Positions 56,503 to 64,000 of a stretch of 64,000 bases of DNA are shown here, piece after piece (the first letter of the stretch is position 1; the number at the start of each line of letters is the position of its first letter). The DNA is from Gemmatimonadota bacterium (lineage in GTDB: Bacteria; Gemmatimonadota; Gemmatimonadetes; Gemmatimonadales; GWC2-71-9). The notes beneath the pieces are model-generated. The model made no database searches. It was not told the DNA's origin and saw nothing but the letters and a program-made list of their open reading frames with translations. A program made the translations under genes and the position numbers. Location of the stretch: NCBI GenBank assembly GCA_041482275.1, contig JBGPDL010000001.1, positions 17,368 to 81,367 on the forward strand, in the 5' to 3' direction.

Positions 56503-58539
56503 CTAGTGAATCGAGGTGAGACGCCAGCCGGTGGAGTCCTGCACCAGGGTCGCCCGGAAGGCGATCGTCTGTCGGTCGGCCCGTCCAGTCGTGTTGTTCA
56601 CGTAGTCGTAGACCCCACTCACCTCAGCTTCCGCTGTGTCGCCTTTGAACTCGACCGCCGTGACCCTCAGGATCGTCTGTAGCTTCCGCACCCCCTGAAA
56701 GAAATCTCTCCAGGCATTCCGCTGGCTGGGCCTAAGTCCGGGATACGCGCGGCGAACCTCCCCCAAATCGCGGGTTCCGAGCGCGCGTGCGTAGGCGGCG
56801 ATTTCCGCCGCGATCTCCTCCACCCGCGGGTCTGCGGGCGCCACCGATGCCCCGGCCGGCTGGCGCAGCGTGTCGCGCGCCGTGCGCGCCTGCGCCACCC
56901 GCTCGGCCTCCCCCCACAGCGACGCGGCGGTGGCGAATTGAACCATCGCCCCGGGCAGCCGACCGTGGGTAGCCAGTGTCTCCGCTGCCGCGAACACGGT
57001 GTCGCCGCGCGCCCGCTCGGCCCCCGTCGCCCCAGCCTGCAGAGCTCGGCTCATGGCACTCTGCGCGCTCGCCCGCAGCGATCGCAGCAGACTGTCGTCC
57101 CGCTGCGGGACCGCTGTCTGCGCTGCCGAGTCGGACGGCGGGGCGGGCGGCACCACCGGGACGCGCGCGGGCGCCGCCTCCCGACGCACGCGCGCCGGAG
57201 GCGGCACCGGGGCCGGACGCGCCGGCGCCGTGTCTGCCGGAACCGCGCTGCCTGCCGCGGCGGCAATGGTATCCCGGGGTCCCGCGGGAACCGGGGAGGT
57301 CGGCGGCGTCGGGCGCCACGCGCGCCACGGCGCGAGCCACGCGAGTCCCACGACGATGGCCACCGCTCCGAGGCCCCACCACGGCCTAAGCCGGCGGGCG
57401 GGCCGGATCACGGCCGTGGCGGGCGGCCGCTTGTGAGGCCTGGACAGCGCGATCGGACTCGTCGGCGTCTTGACTCGGCCCAGCAGACGCGACGCGTCGC
57501 CGGCTTTCGCGAGGCTGATCATTTCCCTCCGAACCGGATCGTCGTGCCGCAGGGATGGCCGGCCGCACACGGCCACGACGTCGTCCATACTGGTCCAGCG
57601 GCGCGGGGGATCCTTCTCCAACATCCGCATGACCGCCGCGCCCAGGTTGGGTGGGCAGTCGGGACGGAGCTCGGTCACAGGCCGGGGACGCTCGTTGAAG
57701 TGCGCGTACATGACCGCCATGATCGAGTCACCCTGGAACGGCAGCCGCCCAGTCAGCATCTCGTAGGCCACGACGCCGAGCGAATACTGGTCCGATGCCC
57801 CCGTGACCTCGTGCGTCGCGCACTGCTCCGGGCTCATGTAAGTGGGCGTGCCGACCGTCACGCCGGTCACCGTGAGGCCCTCCGCCTGCACGACTTTGGC
57901 GATCCCGAAGTCCGTGACCACGGCCCAGCCATCTTCGTCCAGCATGATGTTCGCCGACTTGACGTCGCGATGAATGACGCCGTGACGGTGGGCGTAGCCG
58001 AGCGCATCGCCCACATGGGCGAGGATGGTCTGCACCATGGCGATGGGCAGCGGGCCCGCGTCGCGAATGACCGCGTCGAGCGGCCGGCCGCGCACGTACT
58101 TCATGACGAAGTACAGAACCTGCTCGCTTTCCTTGACGGCATAGATGGGGATGATGTGCGGGTGGCTCAGGGCAGCGGCCGTGCGCGCCTCGCGTTTGAA
58201 CCGCTCCACCATCCCCTCGCCCATGAGGAGCAGGGCCGGCGCCAGCACTTTGATCGCCACTTTGCGGTCGAGCGGCAGGTCGTGCGCCAGGTATACCGTC
58301 GCCATCCCGCCGCGCCCCAGCTCGGTCAGGATCTCGTATTCGCCCAGGGTGGCCTGGCGCAAGGCGTCGACCTGCACGTTCCGCTCCGCGGCAGCCGGCC
58401 GGCGGGGCGGCGCCGCCACGGTCGGTCCCGCCCCCCCCACCGCGACGGCTGCGCCCGTGCCGCAGCGCGGGCAGAAGCGCGACGTCGGGTCGAGGACGGA
58501 GCCGCAATGGGTGCAGGACGAGCTACTCGGCGCCGTCAT
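56503..58539 (-). CDS. Transmembrane Ser/Thr protein kinase with an N-terminal zinc ribbon and an NTF2-like C-terminus
   Basis: 678 aa. CTHCGSVLDPTSRFCPRCG; GRGGMATVYLA...VAIKVL, HRDVKSANIML, DFGIA, GTPTYMSPE. One TM (WWGLGAVAIVVGLAWLAPW). Confidence 0.9.
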   Translation of the reverse strand: MTAPSSSSCTHCGSVLDPTSRFCPRCGTGAAVAVGGAGPTVAAPPRRPAAAERNVQVDALRQATLGEYEILTELGRGGMATVYLAHDLPLDRKVAIKVLAPALLLMGEGMVERFKREARTAAALSHPHIIPIYAVKESEQVLYFVMKYVRGRPLDAVIRDAGPLPIAMVQTILAHVGDALGYAHRHGVIHRDVKSANIMLDEDGWAVVTDFGIAKVVQAEGLTVTGVTVGTPTYMSPEQCATHEVTGASDQYSLGVVAYEMLTGRLPFQGDSIMAVMYAHFNERPRPVTELRPDCPPNLGAAVMRMLEKDPPRRWTSMDDVVAVCGRPSLRHDDPVRREMISLAKAGDASRLLGRVKTPTSPIALSRPHKRPPATAVIRPARRLRPWWGLGAVAIVVGLAWLAPWRAWRPTPPTSPVPAGPRDTIAAAAGSAVPADTAPARPAPVPPPARVRREAAPARVPVVPPAPPSDSAAQTAVPQRDDSLLRSLRASAQSAMSRALQAGATGAERARGDTVFAAAETLATHGRLPGAMVQFATAASLWGEAERVAQARTARDTLRQPAGASVAPADPRVEEIAAEIAAYARALGTRDLGEVRRAYPGLRPSQRNAWRDFFQGVRKLQTILRVTAVEFKGDTAEAEVSGVYDYVNNTTGRADRQTIAFRATLVQDSTGWRLTSIH

Positions 58540-58961
58540 CCGCGTCGCGCCTCGTACTTGGAGATCATGTACTGGACGCCCTTCTGCACCGTGCCCCGCC
58601 AGGCCGCTTCCACCTCGGGGCTGAACGCCGGGTCGTACTGGCGCACGGTGGCGATCAGGCTGTCGACGAACGGCGGGTACAGCGACGGCGGCACGTCCAG
58701 GTCCCGGCGGCTGTGGCGCTCCGCGACGCGCGTCAGCAGCGTGGGCTCGCCATCGGGCTGCTTGGGAAAGATGAGCAGGAGGCCGAGCGCGTGGCGCAGC
58801 AGCTTATTCTGCCGCTCGAAATCAGTCTTAGCGAAGCGGGGCTCGGCTTCGGGGCAGACGGCAAAGAAGTTGCGGTAGAACGACTCGAAGAAGCCGGGCG
58901 TCTCGCAACAGCGCTGATAGCTGGCATTTGCCAGGTCCCGCGCTGCGCTGTCTCTACTCAC
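58536..58961 (-). CDS. Single-domain globin (bacterial haemoglobin-like)
   Basis: 141 aa, GTG start with GGAG 6 nt upstream. FFESFYRNFFAVCPEAEPRF...ERQNKLLRHALGLL...VAERHSRRDLDVPPSLYPPFVDSLIATV aligns by eye with Vitreoscilla-type Hb (B10 Tyr, E7 Gln, proximal His). Confidence 0.75.
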   Translation of the reverse strand: MSRDSAARDLANASYQRCCETPGFFESFYRNFFAVCPEAEPRFAKTDFERQNKLLRHALGLLLIFPKQPDGEPTLLTRVAERHSRRDLDVPPSLYPPFVDSLIATVRQYDPAFSPEVEAAWRGTVQKGVQYMISKYEARRG

Positions 58962-59049
58962 TGCCGGCTCCGTCGAGCAGACCCTGTATCCAATAACACC
59001 TCATTAGACGACAGGCAACCCAGCGGTGTGCCGACGGCGGCTACCGGAC

Positions 59050-59988
59050 TCATCCGAACACCGGCGTCAACGGCGCCTCGCCCGCGAGCACCGCGCGAAC
59101 GTTGGCGATGGCGATTGCCGCCATCTGACGCCTGGTCTCGAGCGTGGCGCTCCCGATGTGCGGCAGCAGCACCGTGCGCGGCGCCGCCAGCAACCGGGGA
59201 TGAATCGCCGGCTCCTCGAGATACACATCCAACCCCGCCGCGCCCAATCGATCCTGCTCGAGCGCGCTCGCGAGCGCTTCCTCCCTGATCAAGTCGCCGC
59301 GCGCCGTATTGATCACGATGGCGGTGGGCTTCATTTGTGCGAGCGTGTCGGCGTTGATGACGCCCTTGGTGGCCGGCACCGAGGGGGCGTGCAGGGAGAG
59401 CACGTCGCTGTCCCGCAGCAGGCGGGACAGCTCCACGCGCACCGCCCCGGTCTCGCGCTCGAACTCGGGACGCGGATTCCGGGCCGTGTAGAGAATCCGC
59501 ATCCCAAACGGCACCGCCCGCCGCCCTACCGCCTGCCCGATCCGCCCCGCGCCGAACAGTCCCAGCGAGCGGCCGCGCAACTCGATCCCGAGCAACAGCC
59601 CGGGGTGCCACCCCGCCCAGGTCCCACCCTTCACGAGCGCGGTGCCCTCGACCACCCGGCGGGCGCAGGCAAGGATCAGCGCCCACGCCAGATCGGCGGT
59701 CGCGTCGGTGAGGACGTCGGGGGTGTTGGTGACTTTGACGCCACGCATCTCGGCGGCCACGACGTCCACGTTGTCGTGACCGACCGCGCAATTCGCGACG
59801 ACCTGCAACCGCGGCAGGCGCTTGAGCTCGGTGCCACCCACCCAGCGCGACAAGAGCGGGACGAGCGCCACGTATTCGCCCGGCGGCGTCGGCTGGTCCG
59901 TCGGGAGCCAGCTGACGTCCAAGCCCACCAGCTGGTCGGACGTGAGGAGCGGCTCGAGCTCGGCAGCAATGAGAACGGGGTGACCCAC
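59050..59988 (-). CDS. D-isomer-specific 2-hydroxyacid dehydrogenase (glyoxylate/hydroxypyruvate reductase type)
   Basis: 312 aa. GTG start with GAGGAGG upstream. GLFGAGRIGQAVGRRA (NAD site), ...NTARG...D...PHIGSAT. Confidence 0.85.
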   Translation of the reverse strand: MGHPVLIAAELEPLLTSDQLVGLDVSWLPTDQPTPPGEYVALVPLLSRWVGGTELKRLPRLQVVANCAVGHDNVDVVAAEMRGVKVTNTPDVLTDATADLAWALILACARRVVEGTALVKGGTWAGWHPGLLLGIELRGRSLGLFGAGRIGQAVGRRAVPFGMRILYTARNPRPEFERETGAVRVELSRLLRDSDVLSLHAPSVPATKGVINADTLAQMKPTAIVINTARGDLIREEALASALEQDRLGAAGLDVYLEEPAIHPRLLAAPRTVLLPHIGSATLETRRQMAAIAIANVRAVLAGEAPLTPVFG

Positions 59989-60518
59989 TACCTCCTCATC
60001 TGCGCCCGGCGGATGGAGTCATCCACCGCCAGGGCCCGCTCGGGGCTCCACTTGTAGTAGAGCTGGAGGCACGAGCCCACCTGGATCTGGCGGTTGCGGG
60101 CGCACTTCGCGAGCTCCTGGCGGTGCCTGGACGCGTCGTGCCGCCACAGCGAATCGGCGGTCGCGTTGGCACGCGCGTCGGCCCAGCCGTACCCCACGAG
60201 GCAGCGCGCCACTTCCCCCGAGGGGTCCTTGGCGCACTGCACGAGCTCCTTCTGGTGCCGCCCGGCGTCGGCGCGCCACGCGGAGTCGGCGTGCGCTTGC
60301 GCGATCGAATCCTGCTCCTGCTGGTATCTGGTCGCTGCGGCCAGCGCCACCGGCTGCTTCCACTTGTATTGCAGCACGAGGCACTGCGCCGCGCCCTTCG
60401 CGTCCATCGTGATGCTGCTGCACTCACGCACCTCGGCGGCCTTCTTGGCGGCCGATTTCCCGCATCCAAAAGCGGACAGAGCGACCGCAGCGGCGAACCA
60501 CGCGTTCGTCCAGCGCAT
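59988..60518 (-). CDS. Lipoprotein with three Cys-pair repeats, unknown function
   Basis: Track ORF 59988..60656, trimmed to ATG 60518 (GGAGG SD). MRWTNAWFAAAVALSAFGC|GK carries a lipobox. The upstream part of the ORF overlaps a tRNA gene. Confidence 0.55.
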   Translation of the reverse strand: MRWTNAWFAAAVALSAFGCGKSAAKKAAEVRECSSITMDAKGAAQCLVLQYKWKQPVALAAATRYQQEQDSIAQAHADSAWRADAGRHQKELVQCAKDPSGEVARCLVGYGWADARANATADSLWRHDASRHRQELAKCARNRQIQVGSCLQLYYKWSPERALAVDDSIRRAQMRR

Positions 60519-60575
60519 CTTTGCCTCCAGGTGAAGGCGACGGGCACGGGGGGGGCGCTGTCCCGGGAAACACGA

Positions 60576-60662
60576 CGGACAGGGTGGGATTCGAACCCAC
60601 GGTACCCTTGCAGGCACACCGGTTTTCGAGACCGGCCGTTTCAACCGCTCACGCACCTGTCC
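60576..60662 (-). tRNA. tRNA-Ser (anticodon CGA)
   Basis: Minus strand reads GGACAGGTGCGTGAGCGGTTGAAACGGCCGGTCTCGAAAACCGGTGTGCCTGCAAGGGTACCGTGGGTTCGAATCCCACCCTGTCCG. It has a 7-bp acceptor, anticodon stem CCGGT/ACCGG with loop CTCGAAA, a long variable arm and T-loop GTGGGTTCGAATCCCAC. No encoded CCA. Confidence 0.9.
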
Positions 60663-60663
60663 A

Positions 60664-60750
60664 CGGATAGGGTGGGATTCGAACCCACGAAACGGTTACC
60701 CGTTTACACGCTCTCCAGGCGTGTGCCTTCAGCCGCTCGGCCACCTATCC
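60664..60750 (-). tRNA. tRNA-Ser (anticodon GGA)
   Basis: Minus strand reads GGATAGGTGGCCGAGCGGCTGAAGGCACACGCCTGGAGAGCGTGTAAACGGGTAACCGTTTCGTGGGTTCGAATCCCACCCTATCCG. Anticodon stem CACGC/GCGTG with loop CTGGAGA, and a long variable arm AAACGG-GTAA-CCGTTT. Confidence 0.9.
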
Positions 60751-60920
60751 CCGGCCAACAACTTAATACGGCCCCACCCGGCGGACGAAACCTCATCAGG
60801 CGGAACGCCGCTGGAACCCCGAAGCCCCCCAGGCACGTATCATCTAAAGCCGCCCTGGGCCGCAGTTCACGTGGGCTTCAGGTGCGCCCCGCTATCGTTC
60901 AAACCGAGGAGGCATCGACC

Positions 60921-61142
60921 ATGAACACCCTGCCGAAGCAGCGCGAGCCCGGCGATCCCGAGATCAACACCATCCCCACATGGCGAGAGCTCGCCGACCG
61001 GTTCCGTGACCTGGTGAAAGACTTCCTCAAAGAAGGCAAAGAGCTCGAACGCGAGCTCGAGCCGAAGCTGCTCCCTGCGTTGAAGCGGCTGCGGCTCGAG
61101 ATCGAGAAACTCATTGCGAAGCTCGAGCAGCGGGCGAAATAG
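60921..61142 (+). CDS. Small (73 aa) helical/coiled-coil protein, unknown
   Basis: ATG 60921 is preceded by GAGGAGG (60906-60912). MNTLPKQREPGDPEINTIPTWRELADRFRDLVKDFLKEGKELERELEPKLLPALKRLRLEIEKLIAKLEQRAK. The rest of track ORF 60123..61142 overlaps the tRNAs and is not credible. Confidence 0.5.
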   Translation: MNTLPKQREPGDPEINTIPTWRELADRFRDLVKDFLKEGKELERELEPKLLPALKRLRLEIEKLIAKLEQRAK

Positions 61143-62511
61143 GCGCGAACCGCGCCGTGAAATGCCGTAGCCACGGCGCCTGCTCCACGATGCGATAGCC
61201 CCGCAGCCGCTCCTTCCGGCGGGCGACCTCGGCGATCACCTCGGCCACGTAATCGATGTGGCTCTGCGTGTAGGTGCGCCGCGGCACGGCGAGCCGCACC
61301 AGCTCCATCGGCGCGGGCGCCTCGCCCCCGCCCGGCTGCGGTTTGCCGAACATCACCGAGCCGATCTCCACTCCCCGCACGCCGCCAACCCGATACAGTT
61401 CCACCGCCAACGCCTGAGCGGGATACAGTGCCGGCGCGATGTGCGGCAGCAGAGCCTTCGCGTCGAGGTACACGGCGTGCCCCCCCGGCGGCTGGACCAC
61501 CGGAACGCCCGCCTGCTCCGCCTTCTCCGCCAGGTACGCCGTGGAACGCAAGCGGTACTTGAGGTAGTCCTCGTCCAGCACCTCGTCCAGCCCGGTCGCC
61601 ACCGCTTCGAGATCGTAGCCCGCCAACCCCCCGTAGGTGGGGAATCCCTCCGTGAGGATGAGCAGGTTGCGGCAGTCGCGCGCCACGGTGGGATCGTTCA
61701 TGGCGAGAAACCCGCCGATGTTCGCGAGGCCGTCCTTCTTGGCGGACATGGTGCAGCCGTCGGCGAGCGCGAACATCTGCCGCGCGATCTCGCGCGGCGT
61801 CGCGTTGGCGTACCCCTCCTCGCGCAGTTTGATGAAGTACGCATTCTCCGCGAACCGGCACGCGTCCAGGTAGAGCGGGATGCCGTAGCGGTCGCACACC
61901 GCCCGCACCGCCCGCAAGTTCGCGAGGCTCACGGGTTGCCCGCCCCCCGAGTTGTTGGTCACGGTCACCATGACGAGCGGAATTCGCTCGCGCCCCACCT
62001 CGTTGATCGTGGCTTCGAGCGCCGCGACGTCCATGTTTCCCTTGAACGGGTGTTTGGCCGCCGGGATCCGCCCCTCGGGAATGACCAGATCACGCGCCTC
62101 GGCGCCGCAGAATTCGATGTTCGCCCGCGTGGTGTCGAAGTGGGTGTTGTTGGGCACAACGTTCCCCGACTGCACCACCACGGAGAACAGGATGCGCTCG
62201 GCCGCCCGGCCCTGGTGCGTGGGGATGACTTCCTTCAAGCCGGTGATGGCCCGGACGACGTCCTGGAACCGGTAAAACGAGCGGCTGCCGGCGTACGATT
62301 CGTCGGCGTCCATCATCACCGCCCACTGGCGGGACGACATGGCACCGGTCCCGGAGTCCGTCAGCAGGTCGATGAGCACCTCATCGCCGTGGAGGCCGAA
62401 CAGGTTGTAGCCGACGCGCTGGAGGGCGGCCTCGCGCTCCTCGGGGGTCGAGTGCGTGATGGCCTGCGTGGAGTGAATGCGAAACGGCTCGATGATGGTA
62501 CGGAAGGGCAT
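61111..62511 (-). CDS. Beta-eliminating lyase: tryptophanase / tyrosine phenol-lyase family (PLP-dependent)
   Basis: 466 aa. MPFRTIIEPFRIHSTQ...LIDLLTDSGTGAMS...TVTNNSGGGQPVS...DACRFAENAYFIKLRE...GCTMSAKKDGLANIGG (PLP lysine). I cannot separate TnaA from Tpl by eye. Confidence 0.85.
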   Translation of the reverse strand: MPFRTIIEPFRIHSTQAITHSTPEEREAALQRVGYNLFGLHGDEVLIDLLTDSGTGAMSSRQWAVMMDADESYAGSRSFYRFQDVVRAITGLKEVIPTHQGRAAERILFSVVVQSGNVVPNNTHFDTTRANIEFCGAEARDLVIPEGRIPAAKHPFKGNMDVAALEATINEVGRERIPLVMVTVTNNSGGGQPVSLANLRAVRAVCDRYGIPLYLDACRFAENAYFIKLREEGYANATPREIARQMFALADGCTMSAKKDGLANIGGFLAMNDPTVARDCRNLLILTEGFPTYGGLAGYDLEAVATGLDEVLDEDYLKYRLRSTAYLAEKAEQAGVPVVQPPGGHAVYLDAKALLPHIAPALYPAQALAVELYRVGGVRGVEIGSVMFGKPQPGGGEAPAPMELVRLAVPRRTYTQSHIDYVAEVIAEVARRKERLRGYRIVEQAPWLRHFTARFAPISPAARASQ

Positions 62512-62526
62512 GGCCTAACCTACCAT

Positions 62527-64000
<1,474 letters not shown>

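Noticed and set aside
58990-59018. Promoter for the globin-kinase pair (TTGCCT-17-TATTGG on the minus strand).
   Set aside because: Both hexamers are weak (4/6 and 3/6). It is mentioned in the globin finding but not listed as a feature.
56503-60750. Possible genomic island integrated at the 3' end of the tRNA-Ser genes (lipoprotein, dehydrogenase, globin, kinase).
   Set aside because: I found no integrase, recombinase or mobility gene. No direct repeat of the tRNA 3' half occurs at the far boundary (around 56496-56503). Composition does not visibly change.
60751-60920. The 170-nt non-coding gap between the tRNA-Ser pair and the small ORF, considered as a possible sRNA, riboswitch or sigma-54 promoter (GGCAC at about 60831).
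   Set aside because: I found no convincing conserved-RNA motif (no SRP/6S/tmRNA-like strings). The GGCAC is not followed by a TTGC element at the correct spacing. No stable extended hairpins were obvious by eye. A covariance-model scan is needed to exclude an RNA element.

Overview
Very GC-rich bacterial chromosomal window (about 70% GC by eye, not computed). I call about 62 protein genes and 2 tRNAs. Roughly 80% of genes are on the minus strand, packed into long co-directional arrays whose neighbours mostly share 4-nt ATGA/GTGA stop-start overlaps. Most content is core housekeeping. From left to right: (infB)-ylxQ-nusA-rimP; pgeF-murA; gatCAB preceded by uvrD/pcrA, an orphan sensor kinase and serS; groES-groEL behind a perfect CIRCE operator; coaX-birA-uppP flanked by two UbiA prenyltransferases; a BshA-like glycosyltransferase; miaA; mutL; a MoxR-DUF58-BatA-BatB/C-BatD/E operon; rluB-scpB-scpA; rpsT; pyrR-pyrB-pyrC; tandem tRNA-Ser; a tryptophanase-family lyase; tadA; clpB (partial). 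The Bat operon, type III PanK, BshA-like GT and CIRCE suggest an FCB-group or Gemmatimonadota-like organism; this is inference only. I saw no CRISPR array, transposase, integrase, rRNA or obvious island. The ORF track gives the longest ORFs, so I trimmed many starts to the point where recognisable protein sequence begins, usually exactly at an ATGA/GTGA overlap with the upstream stop. The observations most worth follow-up are: (1) a ~110-aa N-terminal module (LYxxxHP motif) shared by an HD-GYP phosphodiesterase, its overlapping 682-aa HEAT-like partner, and a third HEAT protein overlapping moxR; (2) the extended Bat operon with fused BatB/C and BatD/E and an unassigned 548-aa Rossmann protein; (3) a single-domain globin translationally coupled to a zinc-ribbon Ser/Thr kinase; (4) a promoter feeding into a terminator-like hairpin plus U8 that abuts the rimP AUG; (5) several operon heads with -10 boxes 9-11 nt from the start codon; (6) an M50 protease whose first TM helix has no canonical start codon. 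All functional links are inference from sequence reading; no searches or computations were run.
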